A stretch of 62,950 nt of DNA, counting the filler, from Sphacelaria rigidula (lineage: Eukaryota): assembly GCA_964200075.2 (NCBI GenBank). It is 8 parts of 8 records of this genome, joined end to end, with 100 filler letters (N's around TTAATTAATTAA, not from the genome) between each part and the next. Parts side by side here need not be neighbours in the genome. Positions count along the whole stretch, not along the records: positions 31,528 to 39,308 come from CAXNAA020013475.1; positions 39,409 to 47,189 come from CAXNAA020013476.1; 6 more parts are not named here. One strand, written 5' to 3'. The translations under genes and the position numbers were made by a program. Under the pieces are notes generated by a model. That model was given only the letters and a program-made list of their open reading frames with translations, did no database searches and had not been told where the DNA came from. This document shows positions 33,631 to 45,370 of this stretch, one piece after another; the stretch's first letter is position 1; every line of letters starts with the position of its first letter.

Positions 33631-33999
33631 ACACAATATATAGTACCCCTCACCTCCAGCATAACTTGGCCTTGTGACGTTTTCCGAGAACGGAGGGCTA
33701 CATTCGCACTGTATGTTAAATCAACGCGATATCTACATACCTATGGGATTAACCCTTTTGGAACTCGCAACAAATAGTACAAACTCCCATATGCGAGATT
33801 TCGTCGCCGGAAAAGCGTCACTTCGAGAGCGGTGCACGAATCTGCCACATTAGTAAACTTGAACTTAGAGTGTGGAACCGTTTTGGTGGACTGTATCATC
33901 AATAGGTGCAAAAAAACAGCTTTAATATCTTGCGAAGGAAAACGTGAATTGTAATCCGTTATTTATCAATAAACGGTTCCACAGGGGTCAGTAAATATA

Positions 34000-34278
34000 C
34001 GCGCCCAGTTGGTCTAACGGTCCGACTGTCGGCATCATAAGAGTGGAGAGAACGTGGGTTCGATTCTCAATGGGTTTTATCTGATTCCCACTCTCGAAAG
34101 CCTGAGTACATGAGTAAGCCAAGAGTAGTTGACTGGGTTTGTTTGGCGAGGATTGGCGCGGTGCGGGTGTGCTGACCCGCGAGGCCAAAGTGGAAAAACG
34201 TGTACCGGGCAGAAATTGATCTCTTAAGACCATGGACTCGTCCCGAGGAAGGCGAGGGGTACAACGTGCAAAAAAAAA
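34000..34278 (+). mobile_element. tRNA-derived SINE with A-tail
   Basis: A-box TGGTCTAACGG at 34010-20, B-box GGTTCGATTCT at 34057-67, 3' motif GGACTCGTCCCGAGGAAGG, A-run ending at 34278. Confidence 0.75.
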
Positions 34279-35984
34279 GTCTTAGTCGTGTAACAATGTA
34301 GAAGGGAGAGGGGACGTCACGGCATTATCCCAGCTCTTGTACACCTCCACACACACAAGTAGTTGCAAACGGCGCCCGACTTATCGTAGATACTTGAGGC
34401 TTCATTGGCAAGAACGTTGGACATTGCTTTCTCGCAACGACCACGCAGTCAGGAACGGCATTTCATGCTTCAAGCGCATGGTGTGCCTCCCCGCTGTTTC
34501 TCCGCCCGAACAGCGACGATGCCACAAACGTGACAAACGTTACGGCAACATTTCCACTCAAGCAGGAGTTTCTCAGTATTCGCCTGAATAAAGCATAATT
34601 GCAAGAGTTCCCGCAATGGAAATGGCCTATTGACCCTGTTGGGACCGGGCCTCCAGAACGGCCAATGAGGCTGGTTAGGAATGACGTGTCTGGCGTCTGC
34701 ATGTAACAGTGGCGTGTTGCTGAAAATCCGCGTATGTAACCGCATGGTTACGACGAAGAAAATTTCATCCAATCTATTTTAAGGTGCAGGGTGCACACTA
34801 GGTGGTGTACATCTGATGTAGCAAGCAGTATGGGTCGTGGTAAAGAGCTTCCAACAGGATGCGGGGACCGGCGGGCCGCCCGCAACTTGTGGCTGTGGAT
34901 GATACTTTTGTCCCCATTCACTTGTCACATAGTGTTACAAACAGAATAGTATCGGCCATAGTTGTTGTTGTCCACATGCGTATCTCTCACCCTGCAACCC
35001 GATGTACCAAAGCGAACAAGCATCTAGTTAAGTCAAATCATGCGCAGACAAATGCGTGATGATTTGATATATACCATGTTGAATACGCAGGAATACGTTG
35101 CAGATACACCATCCTGATTGTGTACTAGTTCGATTCTAACTACTATGTCGATTTCCTTACATCTACTCACTGCCTGAATCAAACATCTTACAGTCTCACC
35201 GCTATTCCTTGAAACAATCGTAAGCTCAGCACGTGGGAAAGTCCAACGCAGACGATGCACGATGAACGTCACGATATCACGATCACAGTTTCAGGCCGAT
35301 TCAATTTCTCTTTCTTCTTGGTGGTGTTTAACTTGGCACTTCAGAGAAGAAGTAAAACACCAGGGTGCTGGTTGAATCGATCCTTGGAAAGAACCGAATC
35401 CAACCAGATGTAAAGAGGCATGTTCATGTAATTCGTCTCTTGACGGATTACAAACGCCTTCACCCCTGATTGCGGTACTAGCCAGTTCCCGCAATCAGCC
35501 CTTCGGGCGTAGTCTCGTTTTGAAACCGACGGCCCATCATCGTATTACCCTATATCCACCACGCCATGCTGCGATCCGTAACAACAGCCCGTTGTGGTCG
35601 GGGTGGGCCGCTATTTACCCCCTTCTTGCATGCGGCAATTTCTCTCCGAAGGGTATCAGCGTTGCCGCGTGCATGCATACAATGGTATAGTACAGTACAG
35701 TGTAGTGCGCGTCTCCGACTGAAGCAGCAGCTGCCGCTGCATACTCCCTTGCACGTTCTGAGCAATTCTCAGCTATAGAAATCAGCTACCTTTATACAGC
35801 TTTGTCATCCCCGTCCACTACACACATGTGGACTGCACACTGCAAGTCATCGACAGAGGGATACCCAGAATTCATCACGGTAGCTCCTTGTATCTTTCCA
35901 CAGCCCACCTGGATTTTGTGCCTCGTGAGAATGACCACATTATGGCATGTACAATCCCTCCCGATTTTTCGTTTTTTGCTGTCC

Positions 35985-36292
35985 ACCCTGTGTTGGTGTA
36001 AATTACTACGTTTCAATGTAGAATTGGGACCCCAAAACACCCCGGACAAACTCGGGAACGGTATACTTGGTGCAATTAATACCATAAAACCAAGCTGGGA
36101 CCATCCTCCACTTGGAAACCTGGGGAGGCTTACCTGGGCCAGGGACAGGGCCCCCACACGATGTTTGCAGTGGCATCACACCCGACAACAATCCCCACGC
36201 TGGTCGTGCGGGTCTAGTCGATAAATTTCGCCTCGCCGTAATTGGGCAGGTCGCTCGAAGATTTATTTCTTATTATTCCACTAACACAGGGT
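35985..36292. mobile_element. Putative MITE
   Basis: Inverted ends ACCCTGTGTTGGTG and CACTAACACAGGGT (13/14 match); no clear TSD. Confidence 0.5.
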
Positions 36293-36738
36293 CAACCCTG
36301 TGTTAGTGGGGGTCCGGTGCCAAAAGGGTTTAAGGCATAGAGTCTTTACGCCGGTACCACTAGGTATCTCAAACGAACACCTACGTCTGAGGTAAGTGGT
36401 TCACCATTTTCTGCAAGATTGATTGATTGATGGATTGATTGTTGCACTTTAACTGACCCCCCAGGTGTCCAGCCGTGGTCTCATGACAGACATACTAAAA
36501 AAAAAAAATGAAACACTTGCTGAAGAAAAAAAGGAACAGAAGAAAAAAGTCGAATAGAACGACATAGTAGACTACGTCGTAAAAAACAATAAGAATAAGC
36601 CAACAAAAGCAAAGCACAGAAAAAAATGGCGGACCTAAAGCAAGACGGGGATGAAATCGTATTGGCAAGCCGGCATCTATTTTCCGAGAGCATCCCGAGC
36701 TCCGGCGTGAAAAACATGCGCACAGCGTCATCAGTTCA

Positions 36739-37823
36739 TCACGCCCGGCCACGAGCCGCCTCGGCAATTTCGATCATCCGCTCGCAGGCCGTCCAAAGTT
36801 CTGCAGATGCAGCCGGCTCGTCCTTCGGCACAGTGGGCTTAGCCGGTGCGCAGCCAATATACACTCCAAGGATCTCAAAGGGTTTGCTCAGATTGAACGG
36901 GAGCCAATACGGTTGGTGATAGTCGCTTCCTGAAGCAGACGGCAACACGGCGGAAAATTGGCGGGAAGAATACGGGCGAGGATTGCGGAAACTCATTTTA
37001 GTAACACCTGCCATATAGTAGAACCGGAGGGAGGATGCCCAACACAAAACACCAGCTGCTCAATGAAACAGGTTTCGACGCCCTAGCGAGGCAGGGGGAT
37101 CGCCGGTCAAAATAGGCCAGCCATTTGCGACGGTATATTGCGTTTGTTGGGTCCAATTCACGGGAATGATCTCATTGCTCTGGTCGAACCCGTTGGCGTT
37201 ATGGAAGCTCACCTGTCCCCCCCTAATACTCGTTACAGCAGCATGGCGTACGTACCGACGGCAGCCCCTCTCATCACTGAGCTACACCAGAGGGTACAAG
37301 CAAGGATATACGCACAGCGAGACTAACCAGAGAGGCTGTGAAGTGGCATAGTGGAAACGCAGACAGAAGGACGGCAACCTTCATCCGTGGTCAAAAATAG
37401 CAGCCTCGCCAGTAAGCGCAAGACAGGCTGAAACCACGAAGGAACAGTCCGCCATATGTCACTCCTTACACCGCCAGGGTTCACCGCGAAAGCAGTGGCG
37501 CTTGACCCCCCCGTTGCAAATCGTCTGCGCAACTCCTGCGGGTATGATCAAGGAGGGCGGGTCGGAAAGAAGAATGAGTTTCAAGCAGCTATCCCCTTAC
37601 AGTGTTGGGTGATCTTCTGTATGATGTCGGCCCTTCTACGATGGTCGCTCCAGCTCAGGGAGGTTCGAGACGCGAGGAAGCAATACTCACCTTTGCGAAA
37701 AGAACCATGGCCAACTTGCTGTCGGCGTAGGAGCTATACATGGGATACCCTCGATGTCCCCCAGCTGCACTTTCCCAGTTTGTACCGCCTGCATGGTGAG
37801 CCATCGATGAGAGACACACGACT
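36739..37823 (-). CDS. Short-chain dehydrogenase/reductase (retinol dehydrogenase/WWOX-like), last three exons
   Basis: Exons ~37823-37691 (VVCLSSMAH..YADSKLAMVLFAK, catalytic YxxxK), 37535-37328 (ELRRR..AVNPGGVRSDIWR..EGCRPSV) and 36929-36739 (..AAS.ELW..CER..*). Phases 0 and 1 match across the GT-AG introns. The acceptor of the first exon is uncertain. Confidence 0.88.
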
Positions 37824-38269
37824 CTACCCCGTTTCGTTTCATGAAACATTTAGTGGAACGTGGGCAGGGATAAGGGCAGGGGGCAACAGCGCAACAAGAG
37901 AGGGTCCAAAGGAGAACTGAGAGATGCACAGCGATAGTCACCCTGCAGGGAGAAATATAGGTACAGGTGTTGCAGCGAATACCTCCACGGTACATAACAC
38001 TCGCAGAAAGAAGTATCGCGCGGTGGTGGAGAGAGAAACATATTTTCAGGTGTACTGTGTGGAGAATAGTATATCTTCCCTCACACTCGCCATGCCGTGG
38101 AAAATAAACACGTGGACGTCGTCTGCTACTATTGTGGAAGGAAACGCTCGAGACACACGAAGATATTATAGGCGAATCCCCACACCCACATGGGAATGAC
38201 AATAAATACGGGCAGGTGATCCTCCGTTTAGTACCTCCACACCTGCCCTTGCAAATTCAGGTCGGGCCA

Positions 38270-38965
38270 TCCTTGAAAGTCCGGCTGTTTGAAGCCGGGG
38301 CGGTAAAAGCTCTGTTGTATGAGCGTGCCACATGGATGTCACGTTATGAGGACTTCGACAGTCTGCGGGCTGCCCATCACAAGCTCTTCTTGCGAGTGGT
38401 TGGATTCCGCGGGGAATACCGAAATGACTCCGAGACTCTTTCGTACAGAGCGGTGCTCGAGATGACCAACTTCGAACGCATCGAGAAGACAATCCCCCAA
38501 CGTCAACTCTGGTTCGCGGGAGCCCTTGTCCGGCAGGAGGAAACACGCCTTCCTAACCGCGTCATGAACGGTGGGTTAACCACACAAAGGCCCAAGGAAG
38601 CCGGCCGCCCCCCCAAGCAATGAGAGCAAAAGCTCCAGGAAACCCTACGTGGATGCACTATGGGGCTGTTCCGCACAAAGGAGCACGACGGAAATTGTTC
38701 GTCTGCGAAGTTGAGGTTAACGATGCATGTTCGGATCACTGCGGCGAAGAACATAGGCAAATGGCATATTGGAGTCGAAAAAGAAGCGGAAGAGTTTGAG
38801 GACGCGTGGCGACGCGCGGACAGACGAGAATCAGACCGCCGTCACAAACGAGAGGCTGCTGCGTCGAGGGCCGCCAATCGAAGAATCCTGTCTGCTCGTA
38901 CGGGTTGTTGATTGTGTCCTCAGTCGGTGGCTCTGCGGTGCCCCCTGGTGTGTGTGTGTGTGTGT
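38270..38965 (+). mobile_element. 5'-truncated RTE-clade LINE, upstream of the visible SDR exons (probably intronic)
   Basis: LKVRLF..ALLY..TW..LRAAHHKL..LSY..RQLWFAGALVRQEETRLPNRVMNGGL..GRPPKQ*, followed by a (TG)n tail at about 38948-38965. Confidence 0.85.
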
Positions 38966-39308
38966 ATCTACTCTGCTGCCCTGAATTCTTTGGGCTTAAC
39001 CGCTTCTGTAGTCTCTTTCCTTGTTTTCCCTTTCCCCATCTTTCTCTCAATATAGTATGTGTGTGTTGTTTCCTGCCTGTGTATGCCAGAGCAGTGTGGT
39101 ACCTCGCTTCAATGTGTTTCTTTGTGGATGCGAGGGTCCATACCCTAAATAAAGCGTTTGCCGTGGATGAGCTACAACATTTTCCTTACCACGGCCTTTT
39201 CCTTCGTTACGACTGGATATGAGTGTGGTTCTGCACACAACAACAAACTGTGCGAATTGAGGTTTAACTCCGAGATGAGGTTCAAGCCTAAAACAGTGCT
39301 TTCCCCAC

Positions 39309-39408
39309 NNNNNNNNNNNNNNNNNNNNNNNNNNNNNNNNNNNNNNNNNNNNTTAATTAATTAANNNNNNNNNNNNNNNNNNNNNNNNNNNNNNNNNNNN
39401 NNNNNNNN
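39309..39408. other. Artificial contig linker
   Basis: N44-TTAATTAATTAA-N44. Confidence 0.98.
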
Positions 39409-39941
39409 CCAAACCTCCTACAATGTCCCCTAGCTCGACGCTGTACACGAGTCACCCTACCCATCCGGGCGTCGGTCCTCATTTTCATTGCATTGTCAGG
39501 TTTATAGATATCCTGCATGCAGAGCTACACCTTTTGTACATGGACAGTAATACGAGTGCACTCTCCTGTATTAGGGACAGACTATTAACAGGTGAGGTAG
39601 AAATAGTCCTGTATACAAGGCTACACCTACCGTGCTATTAATATACAGGCCAACTCATCATTTCTACAACAGACGTTTATCCGGGTGTTCATCTCGTGTT
39701 CAACGCATCACAATAGTTGGAGAAGAAACGTCTACTACTGTCATATTTACTCAACAGTCCACGAAAGCATGTTTGAATCATCAATATAAGTATCTCAAAC
39801 TCGGGTCAGGTCCTCTAGTGTGATTTTCTTTGCAATGTCATCGATTTGGGAGTAGTCTACAATGACAGCGGTGTTGCAGCGAATGTGACGAGCACATGAG
39901 AGCAAAGCAGTCAAAAGCAATGTATCATTGCCCTGGCCTTA

Positions 39942-40131
39942 GGGCCTGTCTTAGCACATGAGTTTTCGATCGAAAAAAGTGCGGTGGAAAACAAAAATCC
40001 TGATATGATGGGTCATGATTTCAAATATCTTCAAAATTAACGACGATGGTTGAAATTACGACCTATCAGATCAGGATTTTTGTTTCCCACCGCACTTTTT
40101 CGATCGAAAACCCATGTGCTAAGACAGGCCC
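39942..40131. mobile_element. Tourist-like (PIF/Harbinger) MITE, 190 bp
   Basis: About 83-bp near-perfect TIRs starting GGGCCTGTCTTAGCACATG; TTA TSD at 39939-41 and 40132-34. Confidence 0.92.
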
Positions 40132-40321
40132 TTAGTCAGCAACAAACATATTCGAATGATTTGGGATCCATTACTGTTTCGTACCTGAAACGTTTGACAC
40201 AGTCATAACTACGTCGTGCCTTTGAATCGCGATCACTTTCACTTTAAAAAACAGTACACAGAGCCAGCGAATCAGTCAGGAAACCGGGAGCAAATTTGGA
40301 TATACCACTGTTGATAATAAG

Positions 40322-40549
40322 ATGAAAAGAGTAGATATACATATCATTCAGCATTACCTTCTGCTCATGTCGCGTTCATACGCACATGCCACTCACGTCG
40401 AAATTTTCGCTGCCCAACAATTGTACAACATTAACATCCGTGTTACTCAAGCTGGTGATCCTTATTCAGGACCACCATCCAATAACACGTGCGACGTCTT
40501 GTACGGCGACGATCACGATGATACATCGAAATACAACAGCCTCTCTTGA
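40322..40549 (+). pseudogene. OTU-like cysteine protease domain fragment
   Basis: YLLLMSRSYAHATHVEIFAAQQLYNINIRV...VLY...YNSL fits the OTU C-terminal half; no catalytic His, and no Cys-box seen. Confidence 0.5.
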
Positions 40550-41699
40550 CCAATTTTTTGCGACTTGCGTCACCCCCGGGGTGCCCGTACCAACCTCCCG
40601 AAGGGGAACCTTGTATATGTATATGATCTACCGTAGAGCGAATCGAATCCCTGTGAAACCGGGTACTGTACGAGTAGATAAATTCTAGCAAGTTGACGAG
40701 CAACCCTGATTCTTGGATCACGTGCTCACTGGCCGTTCTTGGCTTTTCTTTTCCACGCCAGGAAATAAATACACTTTCGGGGCAACCGTGCCCACAGTGA
40801 ATGAAACGTGAGGAGCGACGTAGCGCAATGATACAGCAGGACGTTCTACGGAGATTTCACGACAGCAGCGCCCTCAAGACCCAGGGGTTCTGCTGAGATG
40901 GCCCCATGGCAATACGAAGGGAAACCAGCCACTCTAGCGACAATACGCCGTCACAACCACAAAGTAGCATGATATGGATATGGCGCCAAACTTGGCACCC
41001 TGCACCTGGGAAATACGAACATCATAATTATTCTTACTACCGCCACGAAACTGCTGCCTGATACATTTTCACTGACATGTAGGTGGAGGGCCTAAACGCT
41101 GATGCTCAAAGGTTGCATCCGAATCGTTCTCGCCACGCACCAGCCTTTCAACACCGTTGTTCTTCTTCTTGTCTTCTCGCACCGCTTCGGATCGCGATAT
41201 ACTTTCGTGCCGCCATTTCGATGATTTCGGAAGGCAGGCCATGCTCGGTGGTGGGGGGTGCGAAACGAAACGTCACATTACAGTAGTTTACAGCTAGCGT
41301 TAAAAACTGCCGTGCCTGGAAACCATGACAACCCGCTTACTGCCCAAAAATACCGCAACAATCACAATCTTTGCGGAAACTAACTAAAAGTGTGCATGTA
41401 TTGGAACAACCGCAGGTCTACATGTCGTATCGATCAGCCTTGGGTACACACATGGGGGAAAAAAAAACTCACCGAAACTAAAATTTGAACATAATTCGCC
41501 GAAGAATGCATGCCTCGCCACGAAAAACGGAAGAATACCGCCATTTCGTGACTGCTAGAGAACGCGAAACACTGGGCATCCTTGGAGAGGACTAAAAACG
41601 AACGTTTTTCGCCTCAAACACATGACCCTCATTGGAGAAATAAAATCTCACACTTTTCTGTTTGGAATCATCTGTCCGAATCCCGTCCACATTTTTTCG

Positions 41700-44600
41700 T
41701 CACGCGGACGTCTCCGGCTCCTGACTCTCTTCCTGTCCCAACCCCGCTCGGGGGTGCGCCACGAGGCAATGCTCGATTTCGCCGAAGCGGCCGGAGTTAG
41801 TCCGGTACCACTCCACTGTCTCCGCCAATCCGTCTGCCCAGGTTTTCTCCTGCAAGTAAGAGTATACACAAACACACAAATCGTTGTGGAACAGAGGCAG
41901 ATTCGCAAAATGACACTCGACCGCGCACAGATACAACGAGAACAACGCAACGGGAACTCATTGTCCTAACTGCCGTTCCGAACCAATCTTGAGCCCCCTT
42001 TCCTACCCGACACATTTTCGCTTACAAGATAGAACGAGCAACTACAATCCTGGAAAGTTGGACACTCACTTGTTTTTCATACAAAGATGAAAAAAAATAC
42101 TACACTTTCCAGAGTTGGCTCTTTCAGCGCCCAAGTCGTCAAATAGCTGCTTCTTTTTCATCATTATTTTACTTTATTTGGGGAGCGGGGTGCATGTTCG
42201 GGGTAGTTGTTGCGGAAGAAGGCAACGCTCACTTGTACATGAAAACGGTTGGCCTAGGGTCCGCTAGGTCGTTTATTTTGCGTTGCGACGCACAAGGCGT
42301 GTCCTAATTCTTCACACGAAACCACCAGCAGCAGCAGCACACGACAACGCTTGGAATCCATCATGACCGGTGATCGTGCCACCAGTATATGGAGTATGAC
42401 AAGTATGGCAAACACGGAGCTGCAGCTGCCTGCCACTGATGCATGACAAACAGGGCAGGAAGAGCAACTACAACTCTCCTGCCCAACAAAACACCTGCAG
42501 AGGTTGCTGCAATCCTGTTGGCCAGAATCTTGAACCCGCGAGAAATTCTATTCATCACCCACCCCGCCAACTAGCGCCGATCTCTGCCTACGGTAGTCAT
42601 CCTCCAAAACCTCGCGGGACTCGTCGAGCGCTCATCTGGCGACCGCACACCCACAGGGTAAAAGCTGGTCTCAGAACAACCCAATGATGATATGTCTTTC
42701 CTTCACCCTTCGAAAAATATAACTCGAGAAACGCTCAACATACATTCACTCGACGATTTTCGATGGTTTTCGCCAGACTGAACGTCTAGCGTTGATTGAG
42801 TGGAACTTTCATTATTTGCTCTAACGTGACCAATTTGTAACCTTGTGTGCGTGTTTCCTGTAACAAATGTCATGTGCTTACGGCTACAGGGCGAGATCCT
42901 ACTTGGGGATATCAGAGGCTTCAGTGGCAAGCTACTTACAGCAAGCGTACAAGACCTCGGATAAGGCGTGGAGGGGTATTTCGTAAGTGAAGTGATGTTA
43001 CAGGCAACGGACCGGTTATTTCTGGATATCTAGAGTTCTAGGTTCCTGCTGATCGACGAGGCTAATACAAAAAAAATATGCATTGAATCCATCCCATGGC
43101 TGGGAGTTGTCATTCGAGCCGCTTCTCGCCTGGCTGGCTCGTCGAAGCGCTCCCCACGAAACATCATTTCATGAATCGATCAGCCCTCCCTCTTCTCCGG
43201 GTTCCCACTCTCAAACGCTAGGGTCTCAATGTGGCGAAAATCTTGTTATAGCTCCACATGTAGGGGCCTCGCCAGATTCGAGTGACCGGAGTGCTCTATA
43301 CTAGAGGGCTATTCTTCTCTTTTGCAAATCGTACTCTTCATTTTTTCCATGATACTTTTACGCCATCGAAAACTAACAGCGAACATCCAAACAGACTCAA
43401 TTTCCGCGAGGAATGCGCACGCCTCAGGGGGTTCAGGTGGTTAAGTCGTGAAACACACACACACTCACACAAAAACACACAAAATTACGTTGTGAACCAA
43501 GGTGAGCGAGTATTCCGTTCATATTTCGGAAAACACGACGAAGGAACCATTGTCTTGTCTTTATCTTATCGAAAAATATTTGTCGCAGGTATTTACAGCT
43601 AGTATACTACTTCGTATATATGTAGCAAGATTCATTTTGCTTCGGTTTTCGCCGTACCTCCTTCCAGCCCAGCTCCTGGAGCTTGTCGTTGTTGATGGTG
43701 TACCGTAGATCATTGAACACTCTATCTTCACCGAACTCTGTGAGCAGGCCCTTCTCGGCTTCATCCTCCTTGCCAAAGATCCTGAACGTTTTGAAGGCAT
43801 TAGAACAGGGATATTTTTCGTCAGGAATTTTTTTTATCCCTTCGAGCGACCCATGTTGCAGTCATCGCTCCGAGTGGATCGTGTATTGGAAGTCTCACGA
43901 GTTTCGGAACATTGCAGTATTATTCTTTTGTGAGCGTAGATGGACGCTAGTTGAGCATGCGCGGCTAGCAAGAGAGTCTATGAAAAAATAAAAAAATAAA
44001 GACTCCAAGTCAAAGAGGCGTGTGCAGTAGTCCGGTGCCGTGGCGGAGGCAACAGGTCCACGTCTTTTTTTTTTTTTCTGTCGTTCATGCATCGTTTTAT
44101 CGCGTGTGCTCATCAAATACTTCTTGTCGCCATGACTACACTTACTGCTAGCCACACCACAGCTAATATCCTACTTGTAAGGGCATGTCTCAGCAAGTAA
44201 GTTTTCGATCGAAAAAGTGCGGCCGAAGAGAAAATTCCGATCTGATGGGTCAGGATGAGCCGTCACTCATGTTCACGACATTCACATTGAAATGACGAAC
44301 CACCAAATCGGAATTTTCATTCTTCCACCGCACTTTATCCATAGTTTTTCTTGTTTTTTTTGCCAGGACACGGCCCAAGTTCCTTTCTGAAAAACGGCCA
44401 ATGTGCTGCTGCTCGTGGCTTCTGCATCAAGGACTATGACACGAAGTGTATGCATGGCGACGTTTTTTTTTTCTCAATACAGACCTTGTCTGTTCAACCA
44501 CAAACAGGCGCTCGTACATGTTACTATTGTATGATAGGAGCCATCGATTTTGGCGACAAAAAGCAACACAAGAGTCAGGACAGCAGTTGTCAGTGAATCG

Positions 44601-44838
44601 ATCGCATCAAGTCCCTGCCGAGACAAATTTCGATCCGTTAAGTCTTTCCATGAAGATTACAACGATCACTCAAGAGCAGACGACACCGCTCACCGGGTGA
44701 GATCCCTGGCCACCTGCAGCACGGAGTACTCGTTAGTACCTCCGATGTTGTAGATGTGTCCCACTTCGCCCTGGTGCATAATCTTTTCGAACGCCGTCGC
44801 AACGTCCTTCACGTACAGAAAGTTCCTCGTATTTTCTC
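41700..44838 (-). CDS. dTDP/UDP-glucose 4,6-dehydratase (TGDS/RHM N-domain-like extended SDR), last three exons
   Basis: Exons 44838-44694 (GENTRNFLYVKDVATAF..IYNIGG..), 43781-43658 (..EDRVFNDLRYTINNDKLQELGWKE) and 41849-41700 (EKTWADGLAETVEWY..VAHPR..*). CAG/GT sites with matching phases 2 and 0. Exon 2 is absent from the ORF track in this frame. Confidence 0.92.
44181..44376. mobile_element. Diverged intronic copy of the Tourist-like MITE
   Basis: TAA|GGGCATGTCTCAGCA..GTTTTCGATCGAAAAAGTGCGG ... CCACCGCACTTT..GACACGGCCC; homologous to 39942-40131. Confidence 0.75.
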
Positions 44839-44934
44839 CTGAAATCCAATGACCGATCAAAACATCAGCAAACCAAGACAGGGTGTGCAAAAAAATCGAG
44901 TAAATAGGTTTTACCTCAGAGAAGGGGAAAATTC

Positions 44935-45192
44935 CACGGGTCGGACGAATTAATGATTCGTCCGGAAACTACTTGATTTTAGTGTGATTGATTCATCCCG
45001 TACGAGTCAATCCTTCGGCTTTGTTTTCAGCGTTGCGACCCAGGTACGCGCAGCCCAGGCACGTGAAATGGCGCAAAAGTTGCGTGGAGGCCTGCTTGAC
45101 CAGCGGTCGACTTTTTCCTCTCTTTTGAGCAATCAAGCCTAAGAAATCGTGGATTTGGTGATTCGAACCGGCGATGATTCGTCCGACCCGTC
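44935..45192. mobile_element. MITE with 15-bp TIR
   Basis: ACGGGTCGGACGAAT (44936-50) and ATTCGTCCGACCCGT (45177-91); imperfect 8-bp flanks GAAAATTC/ACAAATTC. Confidence 0.7.
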
Positions 45193-45229
45193 ACAAATTC
45201 GCACAATTATCAATTGCGGAAAATGACAG

Positions 45230-45370
45230 CATCACAATGGCGACAATGGTAACATAACTAGTACGCTTCATCAAGAAAAGATCCCGGGTTCGAATCTCGG
45301 TTCCCACCAGCGCAACGAATAAGTTAAGCGGGCACGAAAGAGTCGTAAAAATGAAGGGGAACCAGGCATC
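45230..45370 (+). mobile_element. tRNA-derived SINE head
   Basis: A-box-like TGGCGACAATGG at 45238; T-arm CCGGG-TTCGAAT-CTCGG followed by TTCCCACCA; no anticodon arm. Confidence 0.55.

Noticed and set aside
33311-33662. Phe-rich membrane-like and Lys-rich ORFs (also 36481-36767)
   Set aside because: Translations of A/T low-complexity tracts.
39190-39230. Possible upstream SDR micro-exon (minus strand, TGCAG..G|GTAAG)
   Set aside because: No SDR motif, and its phase does not match the next exon.
45230-45309. tRNA gene ending in CCA
   Set aside because: Only the T-arm and A-box are present; no acceptor stem or anticodon arm, so treated as a SINE head.
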